DNA from: Candidatus Poribacteria bacterium
GTDB taxonomy: Bacteria > Poribacteria > WGA-4E > WGA-3G
NCBI GenBank assembly: GCA_022827885.1
Contig: JAJEIP010000072.1
Coordinates: 16,508-80,507, forward strand
DNA: 64,000 nucleotides
Direction of reading: 5' to 3'
Made by a program: the position numbers and the translations under genes. The notes beneath the pieces were generated by a model. That model ran no database searches. It had not been told where the DNA came from and saw nothing but the letters and a program-made list of their open reading frames with translations. How positions within the stretch are numbered: position 1 is the stretch's first letter; each line of letters starts with the position of its first letter. Below, one piece after another: positions 40,930 to 50,806 of the stretch.

Positions 40930-42183
40930 TTACGGACACACGAATTTTCCCAGAATTTTTCGCACAGACGCACCTGTTGCTGAAGGCAGGTTCCCAGCCT
41001 GTCCGTGAAGGGACTCGTTTGCAAGAATTGCGAACGCTATCGCCTCTTTTGCATCCCCTGAAATGCCAGAGTTATCTACGGGTTCAACAACTGTATTTAC
41101 TAAGACCTCGCTGAGCCTTTGTATGAGGGTCTGGTTGTGTACACCGCCGCCACTCACGTAGAGTCTGTCTATTGGGTTCTGTTCCGACACGAATCGTGAA
41201 ATGTAAAGGGCAATCGTCTGGACTGTCAAGTCGGTCAATGTTGCAATAGCGTCGTTATCTGAAAGATTGTATTCACGACATGCCGTCAGACATTCCAGTG
41301 CGAAGGTGTGTCCGAACATCTCGCGTCCTGTGGTTTTTGGCGGAGGTAATTGGAAAAAAGGGTGCTTTAACCATTCGTCAATGAGCGGTTGGTGCGGGGT
41401 TCCCTGCGCGGCACGCCGACCGGCTTCGTCATAACGTTCTTTTCCATCCGTTATCTCGCTCACGACTGCATCAACACACATATTTCCCGGTCCTGTGTCT
41501 GCCGCAGCGACCGAATCAAACGATCCGTTAGCGGGAAGCACGGTGAGGTTCGCGATCCCTCCGATATTCAGGAGGCCCACTGTTTTAGCGGTGTCACGAA
41601 ACAACAGGTAGTCTGGATATGATACTAACGGGGCACCTTGCCCACCTGCCGCCATATCTGCTACTCGGAAGTCAGCAATAGTAGGAATACCGGTTTCGTG
41701 TGCAATGACCGCAGGTTCACCAATCTGCAGTGTTGACGGAATTTTAATTTTACCTTGCGGTTCGTTGAGGGAGGAACGCACGTCAAAGTCCAAACGCCTG
41801 TCGTTTCTCCGTGAGGAATCATTAAAAATGGGTAAGTGGTGAATCGTTTGACCGTGTGAGCCGATGAGGTCAATGTCTCTTGCAAATATTCCGTTTTTTT
41901 GTAGGGTATGTTTGGCAGCCTCCGCGAAGAGATGTCCGATGTAGAAGTTCATTTCACAAATGTCGTCAACGCGGCTCGTATCGGGCTGGCAGAGGGCGAG
42001 GATGCGTTGTGGCACATCGGGCGGAAAGGGAAAAGTCTCAAAAGCGATCAGGTCTACTGTCGTTTCTAAACCATGCCCCGTGATTTCAACAACGGCTGCA
42101 TCAATGCCATCAACAGAGGTGCCAGACATCAGACCGATAACATACTTTTTCTTTTTTTTGAGAAGTTGATAAAATTCTATCAT
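40930..42183 (-). CDS. anmK: Anhydro-N-acetylmuramic acid kinase
   Basis: The N-terminus is GLMSGTSVDGIDAAVVEI. The ASKHA fold is present. Its 417 aa is ~40 aa longer than typical. Confidence 0.85.
   Translation of the reverse strand: MIEFYQLLKKKKKYVIGLMSGTSVDGIDAAVVEITGHGLETTVDLIAFETFPFPPDVPQRILALCQPDTSRVDDICEMNFYIGHLFAEAAKHTLQKNGIFARDIDLIGSHGQTIHHLPIFNDSSRRNDRRLDFDVRSSLNEPQGKIKIPSTLQIGEPAVIAHETGIPTIADFRVADMAAGGQGAPLVSYPDYLLFRDTAKTVGLLNIGGIANLTVLPANGSFDSVAAADTGPGNMCVDAVVSEITDGKERYDEAGRRAAQGTPHQPLIDEWLKHPFFQLPPPKTTGREMFGHTFALECLTACREYNLSDNDAIATLTDLTVQTIALYISRFVSEQNPIDRLYVSGGGVHNQTLIQRLSEVLVNTVVEPVDNSGISGDAKEAIAFAILANESLHGQAGNLPSATGASVRKILGKFVCP
41741..41760 (-). repeat. Start-proximal element copy located inside anmK, in-frame (encodes NEPQGKIKI)
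   Basis: The minus-strand reading GAACCGCAAGGTAAAATTAAAAT is in the same orientation as the gene and is not followed by a start codon. Confidence 0.65.
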
Positions 42184-42291
42184 ATTTTTTTACAGGGTTC
42201 GGTTCGCCTGCTGCGCAGGAAACCTTCGGTCATTGGTTAACGGTTAAGAGATTTTCGTTTAGCAACGGAAATACCCTCTTGTAACTAACAA

Positions 42292-43512
42292 CTAATCGTA
42301 GGCGTGATACTGTTTTGCCTTTTCATGCCATATCTGAAGCTCATCAGTCCACCGTGCCAGAATCTTATCCGATGGCTCTCTATCTAACAGCGTGTCCCGG
42401 AGCCAATTATTTCCTGCTAATCGATCAAAGTGCTCGGGTCGGAACACAAAATGATTGCTGTATTCGGTGGTTAAAGTGGATAACATGTGGATAACCGTCT
42501 CTACTGGTAGAAAGCGTTCTCTATCAGTGATATGGATTGCAACGCCGCTGCATGGCTGTTTCGCGTGCTTTGTGGTTTCAGCAACTGGGGCAGGCGTAAA
42601 AACAGTTGGACGGAATAGAACACCCGGTAGAGCCAAAGCATTGAGTGCCTCAGCCCACTTTTCACCGTTACACCAAGGCGCGCCGATATATTCAAAAGGT
42701 TTTGTCGTTCCTCTGCCCTCGCTCATATTTGTGCCTTCAAATAAGCATAAGCCGGGATAGAGTGTTGCGGTTGTGAGTGTCGGCATATTGGGTGAGGGGG
42801 GCACCCATTGTAAGCCGGTGTCATCGTACCACATTCCGCGCTCATACCCGTGCATCCATGCAACGTTTAGACGGCACGCTGGGACACGCTCCATCTTTAA
42901 CAGTGTTGCCAATTCACCGATTGTCAGTCCGTAACGGACGGGCATTGTATGTATGCCGACAAACGATTCAAACCTGCGTTCCAATATCGGTCCCTCCACA
43001 GCATTGCACGCAATCGGATTCGGACGATCTGCGACCACGAAATCAATGTCGTGGTCGCAGGCGGCTTCCATGGCATGTAGCAGTGTTGAGATATAGGTAT
43101 AGTAACGCGTCCCGACATCTTGCATATCGTAGATAAGCAAATCAATATCTTCAAGTTGGTGCGCTGTTGGACGCACTGACTGTCCATACAGACTATAGAC
43201 TGGGATGCTCGTGAGGTGGGGCGTTTTTGCTTGGGTATCTCTTCGCGATGCGCTTTCATCCGAGACATCGAGGCTATTGACAGCGATGCCATCTTGAACC
43301 GCGCCCCAGAATCCGTGCTCTGGAGAGAAGATCGCAGAAAGCCGACACGATGATGCCGCCGCGAAAAGTCGATAATTGCTTCGTAAAGTGGCATCAACGC
43401 CCGTGTGGTTTGTAATCAGACCAATTGATCTCCCGCGAATCCAGTCGTTTTTCTCTGTGAGCAGGACTGTCAATCCTAATTCAATTTTCTGCGATTTTGT
43501 CGTGAAAGACAT
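42292..43512 (-). CDS. DUF1343 family protein (NamZ-like exo-beta-N-acetylmuramidase)
   Basis: It is about 400 aa long. It lies adjacent to anmK and a beta-lactamase-fold hydrolase, as in the B. subtilis ybbC (namZ) locus. The N-terminal region is GLITNHTGVD. Confidence 0.65.
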   Translation of the reverse strand: MSFTTKSQKIELGLTVLLTEKNDWIRGRSIGLITNHTGVDATLRSNYRLFAAASSCRLSAIFSPEHGFWGAVQDGIAVNSLDVSDESASRRDTQAKTPHLTSIPVYSLYGQSVRPTAHQLEDIDLLIYDMQDVGTRYYTYISTLLHAMEAACDHDIDFVVADRPNPIACNAVEGPILERRFESFVGIHTMPVRYGLTIGELATLLKMERVPACRLNVAWMHGYERGMWYDDTGLQWVPPSPNMPTLTTATLYPGLCLFEGTNMSEGRGTTKPFEYIGAPWCNGEKWAEALNALALPGVLFRPTVFTPAPVAETTKHAKQPCSGVAIHITDRERFLPVETVIHMLSTLTTEYSNHFVFRPEHFDRLAGNNWLRDTLLDREPSDKILARWTDELQIWHEKAKQYHAYD

Positions 43513-43563
43513 AGGAAGTTTGTGTGTAAAGTTCCGGTTCGGAAGTTAGACCGTAGCGTGTTG

Positions 43564-44598
43564 CTACGAAGCGAATAAAATATTATGGAATATTTTCCTG
43601 AATTCGATAATGCCCCGCCGATCGGCGTCCGGATGCACCCGATTTGTCAACAGGATCGCTGCCAGTTTTCTTTTTAAACAGATTCGTATTGAAGTGCCAG
43701 TGAATCCTGTGTGGTAGAGACAGCCGTCATCTGTCACAATCCAGCCGATACCTCGACGTTCTCCTGCCGCTGGGGCGATCTGTTGCATCCTACAGAGGCT
43801 CGCCGGGCATAAGAGTTCTCCACCGTTGTTCATCAGTGTTTTGCAGAACTTACTGAGATCTGTTGATGTAGAAAAGAGTCCTGCATTGCCAGAAACGCCG
43901 CCGAGGAAATGTGCATTCTCATCGTGAACTTGTCCGATGATTACGCCCTCTCGCCAATCGTAGCGTTCGTAGTTCACCATCCGACGTTCAAAACTGTTGG
44001 AATCCTCTGTTGCTGCGCAGTGCTTGCGCCATGCTTGTGGCGGATTGAACCGCGTCCATTCCATACCGAGTGGCGCGAAAATCCGATCGTGTGCCAATTT
44101 GTCCAAAGGTTGTCCAGTCACTCTTTCAAGAAGTGTTCCTAAAACGATATATCCCAAACAACTATACACGGCTTTTTTCCCGGGTTGAGATTCCAATGGC
44201 ACGCCTCCGAGATAGGAGATTACGTCCTTACGTGATGGTACACGCAGATAGACAGGTAACCATGCAGGGAGTCCTGAAGTATGTGTCAGCAGGTGTTTAG
44301 GTGTCACTCCTTTCTGTTTGAACTCCGGCAGGTATTTCTCTACAGGCGTATCCAAAGAGAGTTTGCCGCTCTCAACGAACTGCATGCAAAGCGTTCCTAC
44401 AACAACCGGTTTCGTCAGGGATGCCAAATCGAATAACGTCGTGTGAAACATCGGTAGCCTTTTCGGTTTCACACATCGATACCCAAACGCCTCGTGGTAA
44501 AGCACCTTTTTATCCGTAAGGATGGAAGCGACGGCACCGGGAAACACCTTCTCGGAGATGCTATTCTCAATGAGTGTTGAAATTTTTCCTTTTAACAA
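43564..44598 (-). CDS. Serine hydrolase, beta-lactamase/transpeptidase-like fold (AmiE/YbbE-like)
   Basis: It has the SxxK active-site motif (DLASLTKPVVV) and a downstream YxN-like region. It is 344 aa long. Confidence 0.75.
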   Translation of the reverse strand: MLKGKISTLIENSISEKVFPGAVASILTDKKVLYHEAFGYRCVKPKRLPMFHTTLFDLASLTKPVVVGTLCMQFVESGKLSLDTPVEKYLPEFKQKGVTPKHLLTHTSGLPAWLPVYLRVPSRKDVISYLGGVPLESQPGKKAVYSCLGYIVLGTLLERVTGQPLDKLAHDRIFAPLGMEWTRFNPPQAWRKHCAATEDSNSFERRMVNYERYDWREGVIIGQVHDENAHFLGGVSGNAGLFSTSTDLSKFCKTLMNNGGELLCPASLCRMQQIAPAAGERRGIGWIVTDDGCLYHTGFTGTSIRICLKRKLAAILLTNRVHPDADRRGIIEFRKIFHNILFAS

Positions 44599-44761
44599 TT
44601 GAGTTTCCTAACAGGATGCGCATATTTGATGGCGCTACACGCACGCCCCTTTTGAGTTGACGAACAGACTGCTTATATGATACACTATCTATTATGTTTT
44701 GGTTAGTATTTTTTTCATCTGCAGGTAGGTTTTCAAACGATTAGGGACGGAGAATTGGATC

Positions 44762-45130
44762 ATGGAAACTTTATGCCCGAAAGAACTTCAGGAAATTATA
44801 ACAATTGAAAAACCTTGGGGAGGTTTCATACAATATGTCCTCAATCAACCCGTTACCGTCAAAATTTTAGAAATTCGGGCAGGCGAGCAGGTCAGTTATC
44901 AGTATCACCACCACCGAAGCGAGTTGTGGATTCCGCTTGATGAAGGTGCTTGTGTAAATCTTGATGGCGCCGTTCAACGTCCCGCACCTATGGAACCGGT
45001 GTTTATTCCACAAGGTGCCAAACATCAACTCATCGGTGAATCTAAGGACTATCGGATACTCGAAATTGCGTTTGGGCACTTTGACGAAGAAGATATTGTC
45101 CGTCTTTCGGACAAGTATGGCAGAATATGA
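44762..45130 (+). CDS. Cupin domain protein (mannose-6-phosphate isomerase-type cupin)
   Basis: It is a small 122-aa protein with a double-His cupin motif (YQYHHHRSELWIPL...GAKHQL). Confidence 0.55.
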   Translation: METLCPKELQEIITIEKPWGGFIQYVLNQPVTVKILEIRAGEQVSYQYHHHRSELWIPLDEGACVNLDGAVQRPAPMEPVFIPQGAKHQLIGESKDYRILEIAFGHFDEEDIVRLSDKYGRI

Positions 45131-45144
45131 GTCCAAATTGCGTA

Positions 45145-45229
45145 GCCTGCAACAACGGCGCAGGCGGCTCGAACGCGAAAAGTGTTATATCACAAACGCC
45201 GTTACTTATCCGCAAGGTATAATTAAAAA
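45145..45229 (+). repeat. Composite repeat: GCCTGCAACAACGGCGCAGGCGG, a 42-bp spacer, then CCGCAAGGTATAATTAAAAA abutting the TTG start of pgi
   Basis: The architecture is identical to the copy at 2190-2274. The -10-like hexamer here is a perfect TATAAT. Confidence 0.7.
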
Positions 45230-46627
45230 TTGGACAGTAAGCTACATTTTTGGGTTGACAATGAGATAGCTGGTTCGTTCCCCCAGAAGGCACAACAGAA
45301 GGTTGATGCCGCTTTGCAAAGCATTCACCTTCTATTTCAGGATGAAGCAGAAGCACCGCTTGCCGAGTTGGAGCGTGGACTTCGTGCATGGACCCGAAGT
45401 CATCTCCAAGCCGAGGATATTGCCCAAGTCGCGGCGTTAGCTACACGCGCACGTGAGGCGTTTTCCGTGTTGGTCACTATTGGGGTCGGTGGTTCCGACC
45501 TGAGTGCCCGCGTCTTTCACGATTCTTTCAACCATCCGTATCATAATTTGCTGTCGGTCGAAGAACGCGGAGGTGCCCCAGAAGTCTATTTCACAGGTGA
45601 TACCTTCGATCCATGCCGGCTTATCGGCTTGCTTGAAATGCTCAAAGCAAGAAACCTCCTTCAGAAGACGCTTTTCAATGTCATTAGCAAATCTGGAACA
45701 ACAACCGAAACTATGGCGACGTTGATGATTATCCGTGATGCCCTTGATGATGTAAACTGGCATCGACAAATCCTCGCGACGACCGGATTAACCGCCGACA
45801 GTGTACTCTTCCGAATGAATAAGCAATCGCCGTTTTACGGAGGCACACTGCTTCCTGTCCCTGATGGCGTCGGTGGACGGTTTTCAGCTTTCTCTCCAGT
45901 TGGGTTGTTCTTTCTTGCTATGACTGCAGGAAAGGGCGAAACGCCGAATACCCGAATTCGCGCCGCTGTCGAAGGTGTGAGTCAAGCACACGAAGATTTT
46001 AATCTCGCTTATAATCATCAGGATAACATTGCGTATCAATTAGCGCGCTGGATTCATCTCTTTGAGGAGGTTGATGGAAAAGGAAATATTGTTTTTTACA
46101 ACTACGCCGATAGTAGTTGCCTTGGTGAATGGTTCGTTCAACTTTATACGGAATCTATTCAGGAACGCGAGGGTGGTGCTAATGTCATAAATGCGAAGGG
46201 ACCCACGAGTAATCACTCTATTCTCAACGGTATTATCGCGGGTCCCAGGGATAAAGTCGTTTTATTTATCCATTGGGAGGAGCTCGGTCCCGATTTAGTC
46301 TTGCCGACAGAGACTGGAATGGACAGCAAACTAATCGAGTTTGAAGGATTATCCATAACGCACATGCAGACCGCTTCGTATCGCGGGACTGCTTTAGATT
46401 TTAGTGAGAACGGGGTCCCTAATGCAACGCTAACCGTTCCGAAGCGGAATATCCAATTTGTTTGCCGGTTGATGCGTCTCTTAATGGATACGATTGCCGT
46501 AAAGGGCAGGCTCCAAGGGTTACACCTTGACAATAATGATGAGAGTGAGTTAACATACCTGCAAGATGGGGTTGAAGGTTATAAACGGAATTTCCGATCT
46601 TTTTTAGGGTCTTCAGTTAACAGTTAA
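45230..46627 (+). CDS. pgi: Glucose-6-phosphate isomerase (short bacterial/archaeal-type)
   Basis: It has the SIS-domain motif VTIGVGGSDLSARVF. Its 465 aa matches ~450-aa PGIs. The TTG start directly abuts the repeat element. Confidence 0.7.
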   Translation: MDSKLHFWVDNEIAGSFPQKAQQKVDAALQSIHLLFQDEAEAPLAELERGLRAWTRSHLQAEDIAQVAALATRAREAFSVLVTIGVGGSDLSARVFHDSFNHPYHNLLSVEERGGAPEVYFTGDTFDPCRLIGLLEMLKARNLLQKTLFNVISKSGTTTETMATLMIIRDALDDVNWHRQILATTGLTADSVLFRMNKQSPFYGGTLLPVPDGVGGRFSAFSPVGLFFLAMTAGKGETPNTRIRAAVEGVSQAHEDFNLAYNHQDNIAYQLARWIHLFEEVDGKGNIVFYNYADSSCLGEWFVQLYTESIQEREGGANVINAKGPTSNHSILNGIIAGPRDKVVLFIHWEELGPDLVLPTETGMDSKLIEFEGLSITHMQTASYRGTALDFSENGVPNATLTVPKRNIQFVCRLMRLLMDTIAVKGRLQGLHLDNNDESELTYLQDGVEGYKRNFRSFLGSSVNS

Positions 46628-46711
46628 CAGTTTTCAGCGTGACGCTTGTGGTGGTAACTGAAAATATACCTGCCACGATGTGCTTAACTGACAAATATTA
46701 ACTATAAAAAA

Positions 46712-48715
46712 ATGAGGAATAGACTCTCTGCTTTACGATTCCATGATAAAATATTTATCGCCTATGGTCTCGTCTTCCTTGTCATGTTTGGCGTTGTCTT
46801 TGGGAGTACCAGTTTCCTGATTCGGCTTGCTTTTAAGAGGGAAATTGACTCTTACGTTGAGAGGGTTCAAGCTCAAATTTCAAACAATTATCAAAAGTTG
46901 CTCAACAAAGTTCAAAAAGAAGTCCACGCCACAGCGAATGATGCCAGACTGCACCGCGTCATAGAAAGCGAATCGCGCTTCCCTTATCTACCGGCACCCG
47001 AATTTGATCTCTTGGAATATGGGACCGCGGATGGCAGATTGCTATATCCGGACACGAGGATAGGACAAAGGACGCGAACGTATAATTCGTTGGACGACGA
47101 TGAGGGGCATATACGGCTCAGAAGTATTCCGCTACAGAGTGATCTGGGGTTGCAGTATATGGTTCAGGTAACGGAAGCCGGCGAGTGGGGGTTTGTAACA
47201 GGAGGCTACCTCTTGCAGACGTGGCTGGAGACGACCCAAACCACCATCCAATCAGATGAGCATCCCATCTTCCTTGTAGGAAGGTCCCAAACGTCGGACG
47301 CAACATCCTTTGACACCGAACCGAAAGCGACAGCAGCAGAAGATTGGCTTCCGTTAAATTTCGCCTCTCAGACAGCGCAGGGGAGAGGATGGTTTAAATT
47401 ACTACCGAGTTGGCTCCCAGAGCGAAAAATCTTTTTACAGGGAACAGAAGAGACCGGCGGACGCGCTTTTACTGCTTTTCGGATAACACCTTTCAACTCA
47501 CCCTTCGCGACGACACGAGAGAAACCCACTGTTGGCTTAATCGTTGCATATTCGCATGAACGTCAAGTGAGATGGCAGCGGCAACTTACAATTACACTGC
47601 TTTTGAGTGGCATTGGTGGACTCGCGTTGGTTTATCTCATCAGTTATATCATTAGTCGTCGGATGACGCGTCCTATCGCGATTCTACGTGAGGGGGTTAG
47701 CCATATCGCGGCGGGGGATCTTGATCATCGCGTTAAAATCCAATCGCGTAACGAGGTGGGACAGTTGGCGGAAGGGTTCAATCAAATGGCACGGGACCTG
47801 AAACAAAGCATGGAGGAACGTATGGCGGCAGAGCGTGCCGCGACTTGGAGAGATGCCGCACGGCAAGTGGCACACGAAGTTAAGAACCCGCTCTTTCCGA
47901 TTCGGCTCTCTGTTGAAAACCTGCAGCAGGCGAAATCCAATCCTGAAGTTTTTGAGCAAATATTCAGTGAATGTACGGACACAGTTATTGAAGAAGTGGA
48001 TCGGATCGGTAAACTCATTGATGAGTTCCATCAATTCGCGCGAATGCCGAAACCTCAGCGAAAATGGAGCCAATTGAACGACATTGTGAGAACTGTTCTG
48101 ACACTCTACACCGGTAGACACATACCTGACCTTGAGCAGGAAAATGAAGTCGCACCAATGAGTCCAGAGCAGGTGGACTCGGTACTACAGGATTCCACTG
48201 AGAAGTTCTGGCTTGAAAACATCTCGAAAATTAAAGTTAAGACTGAATTAGACCTGCTGCCTCTACTTTTAGTTGATCCGGAACAGATTACACAGGCACT
48301 TGGCAACCTCCTGAAAAATGCAATTGAAGCGATGCCTGAAGGTGGATTGCTTAAGGTGAAAACCTATTTCACACCAAATGGCAGTCCGTCAGAGGAAGAA
48401 AATGATAGCAACCGTCATGCCCGGAAAGTCATTGATGGCACGGTTTCACTGGAAATCCAAGATACGGGGTACGGTATGTCCGAGGAGACTATGGCGAATC
48501 TCTTTGTGCCTTATTACACGACAAAATCAGAGGCGAATGGTAGAGGACTCGGCGTGCCAATTGTTAGAAGGATCGTCACAGAGCATGGTGCCGATATAGA
48601 CTTCCAAAGCACTGAAGGCGAAGGCACGACTGTCCGTATCCATTTTCCAACGCATCAAGGCACTCGCTCCGAGGAGTTTACATCGGCGACTGAAGAATTA
48701 ATACCACGACTCTAA
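46712..48715 (+). CDS. Sensor histidine kinase (2 TM, periplasmic sensor domain, HAMP, HisKA, HATPase_c)
   Basis: The HAMP domain is IAAGDLDHRVKIQSRNEVGQLAEGFNQMARDL. The H-box is HEVKNPLFPIRLSVENL. The G-boxes are DTGYGMSEE and GRGLGVPIV. Confidence 0.85.
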   Translation: MRNRLSALRFHDKIFIAYGLVFLVMFGVVFGSTSFLIRLAFKREIDSYVERVQAQISNNYQKLLNKVQKEVHATANDARLHRVIESESRFPYLPAPEFDLLEYGTADGRLLYPDTRIGQRTRTYNSLDDDEGHIRLRSIPLQSDLGLQYMVQVTEAGEWGFVTGGYLLQTWLETTQTTIQSDEHPIFLVGRSQTSDATSFDTEPKATAAEDWLPLNFASQTAQGRGWFKLLPSWLPERKIFLQGTEETGGRAFTAFRITPFNSPFATTREKPTVGLIVAYSHERQVRWQRQLTITLLLSGIGGLALVYLISYIISRRMTRPIAILREGVSHIAAGDLDHRVKIQSRNEVGQLAEGFNQMARDLKQSMEERMAAERAATWRDAARQVAHEVKNPLFPIRLSVENLQQAKSNPEVFEQIFSECTDTVIEEVDRIGKLIDEFHQFARMPKPQRKWSQLNDIVRTVLTLYTGRHIPDLEQENEVAPMSPEQVDSVLQDSTEKFWLENISKIKVKTELDLLPLLLVDPEQITQALGNLLKNAIEAMPEGGLLKVKTYFTPNGSPSEEENDSNRHARKVIDGTVSLEIQDTGYGMSEETMANLFVPYYTTKSEANGRGLGVPIVRRIVTEHGADIDFQSTEGEGTTVRIHFPTHQGTRSEEFTSATEELIPRL

Positions 48716-48756
48716 CACGGAACTCCCAAGATTTTTATCACGAAACTGAAACTTAT

Positions 48757-48776
48757 CCGCAAGGTAAAATTAGAAA
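48757..48776 (+). repeat. Start-proximal element CCGCAAGGTAAAATTAGAAA directly abutting the ATG at 48777
   Basis: The downstream ORF begins METILIVDDE, a canonical REC-domain N-terminus, so the start is certain. No separate SD is present. Confidence 0.75.
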
Positions 48777-50204
48777 ATGGAAACCATTCTGATTGTAGAT
48801 GACGAAAAAAATACGCTTAAGATGTTGTCCCAAGGACTCAAGATGCGTGGGTATCAGGCGCTTACAGCTGCGAGTGGTGAAGAAGCATTGCAACAGTGCA
48901 TGAAATCCGATGTCGATCTTGTGTTGTTAGATATCCGCATGGAAAATGGGATGGATGGTGTTCAGACGCTTGTCAAACTTCGTGAACGTTATCCGGAATT
49001 AAATGTGGTGATGATGTCTGCGCAACAAGATATTGAAATCGCCGTTACAACAATGGAACTCGGTGCGAAACGGTATATTACAAAGCCGATCAGTATTGAT
49101 AAAATTCTCTCCAGTGTCCAGCCGTTTTTAGATATATCGCGCTTGTCGCAAGAAAATGAGATTCTGAAATCACAAATTACGCCCGCCGACGAAATGGTAG
49201 GTGAGAGTGCAGTTATTTCGCATCTCCGCTCGCAAATTCAACGGGTCGCGGAAAGCAAACTCGGTGTCTTGATCTCTGGTGAAAATGGCACAGGTAAGCA
49301 ACTTGTTGCGAATGCGATCCATCGACAGAGCAGACGTGCCGCGAAAACCTTTATCCCGCTCAACTGCGCCGCTTTACCCGATGAACTCATTGAGAGTGAG
49401 CTCTTTGGACATGAACGGGGTGCCTTCACTGGTGCTGACTCACGAAGACAGGGACGCTTTGAACTCGCTCACAGTGGAACCATCTTTCTCGATGAAATTG
49501 GCGATATGAGTTTAAAGGCGCAAGCGAAAGTCCTTCGCGTCATTGAAACTGGCGAAGTTGAACGTCTCGGTGGAAATCAGATTCGGACGGTAGATGTTCG
49601 CATTATCGCGGCGACGAACAAACACCTCCCCGAAGAAATTGAAAAGGGGCGGTTTCGGCGCGATCTTTTCTATCGGCTGAATGTCGTGCCTATTAACGTG
49701 CCACCGCTTCGAGAACGGACAGAGGATATTCCGCTGTTAGTGAAATATTTTGCCGAGCGTTTACAACTCAATATTGCATCCACCCCGAAAGTCATTGATC
49801 CCGCGGCTTATGCTGTGTTTCAAAGTTACAATTGGCCAGGGAACATCCGGGAGTTAAAAAACATCGTTGAACGCCTCCTTATCATGGTAAATCGAGATGT
49901 CGTGATGGCACCCGATGTCGCCGAGGCTTTGGCATTGATCCCGCAATCCACTTCCCCGCATTCACCGCCAAGTGCGGCTCTGGATCAGATTGCCTTACAG
50001 TCTTCTCTTGGGATACCGCTCTACAAACCTGGAATGGCTCTGAGTAAGATGGTGGATACTGCCGAGGCTCAATGTATCCTTGCCGCCTTGGAAAATAATA
50101 AGTGGAACATCCGACAGACCGCGGAAGCATTAAAGGTAGAGCGGAGTAACTTGTACAAAAAAATGAACCGGTATGGCATTTCTCGGCCAAGTTCTGCGAG
50201 TTAA
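48777..50204 (+). CDS. Sigma54-dependent response regulator (NtrC/PilR family)
   Basis: It has a REC domain. The AAA+ sigma54-activator domain has GENGTGKQLVA and the GAFTGA motif (ERGAFTGA). A C-terminal Fis-type HTH is present. Confidence 0.9.
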   Translation: METILIVDDEKNTLKMLSQGLKMRGYQALTAASGEEALQQCMKSDVDLVLLDIRMENGMDGVQTLVKLRERYPELNVVMMSAQQDIEIAVTTMELGAKRYITKPISIDKILSSVQPFLDISRLSQENEILKSQITPADEMVGESAVISHLRSQIQRVAESKLGVLISGENGTGKQLVANAIHRQSRRAAKTFIPLNCAALPDELIESELFGHERGAFTGADSRRQGRFELAHSGTIFLDEIGDMSLKAQAKVLRVIETGEVERLGGNQIRTVDVRIIAATNKHLPEEIEKGRFRRDLFYRLNVVPINVPPLRERTEDIPLLVKYFAERLQLNIASTPKVIDPAAYAVFQSYNWPGNIRELKNIVERLLIMVNRDVVMAPDVAEALALIPQSTSPHSPPSAALDQIALQSSLGIPLYKPGMALSKMVDTAEAQCILAALENNKWNIRQTAEALKVERSNLYKKMNRYGISRPSSAS

Positions 50205-50239
50205 ATTGTAGGAGGGAATTCTGATTCCCGACTGTTACC

Positions 50240-50674
50240 ATGATACAGAAGAACATCAACGAAAACGGTGGGATGACGCTACTTCAGCTGCTCATCCTTG
50301 TTATTATAGCCATTATCATTGGGGCACTTTCCTTTCCACCATGGCAGGAATATCGAAAAGTGAGCGCGGCGGATATAGATGTTGAAACCGTTGCCATTGC
50401 TATCCAGAAATACGTTAAGCATACCGGGAGGTATCCAACAAATTTAGATGCCTTGGTAACGGATCCTGGTGTTGAGGGATGGCGTGGGAACTATCTGGAA
50501 TCTGTTCCAGAGACACCCTGGGGTGGGGATTATGTTCTCCATCAAGACACCTACAAGATAGGGATTGCGAAAAATCACCTGCGTGTTCCCGAAAAATACC
50601 GAATCGGCGGTGTCGCGGAGATTAGTAGAGTTTATCATGCGGACGCGCGCCTCGGTGAAAAATATTGGTGGTAG
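50240..50674 (+). CDS. GspG/PulG-like pseudopilin (type II secretion / type IV pilin family) with Gln at +5
   Basis: The prepilin leader is MIQKNINENGG|MTLLQLLILVIIAIIIG. The C-terminal GspG-like motifs are GRYPTNLDALV...ETPWGGDYVL. The usually invariant Glu+5 is Gln. Confidence 0.65.
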   Translation: MIQKNINENGGMTLLQLLILVIIAIIIGALSFPPWQEYRKVSAADIDVETVAIAIQKYVKHTGRYPTNLDALVTDPGVEGWRGNYLESVPETPWGGDYVLHQDTYKIGIAKNHLRVPEKYRIGGVAEISRVYHADARLGEKYWW

Positions 50675-50806
50675 TTAGTTTCAGTCACAAGAAACGTTCA
50701 GTAACAATTCACCAAAAACTTGGAATATTCCAGGGTTTGGAAAATTGTTACAAGAAACCCGCTTAACCGACCACTGAAAACTGATAACTGACAACTATTA
50801 AAAAAT

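Noticed and set aside
42462-42484. DnaA-box-like TGTGGATAA inside the NamZ coding region
   Set aside because: It is a single isolated 9-mer inside a CDS. It is a coincidental match, not an origin.
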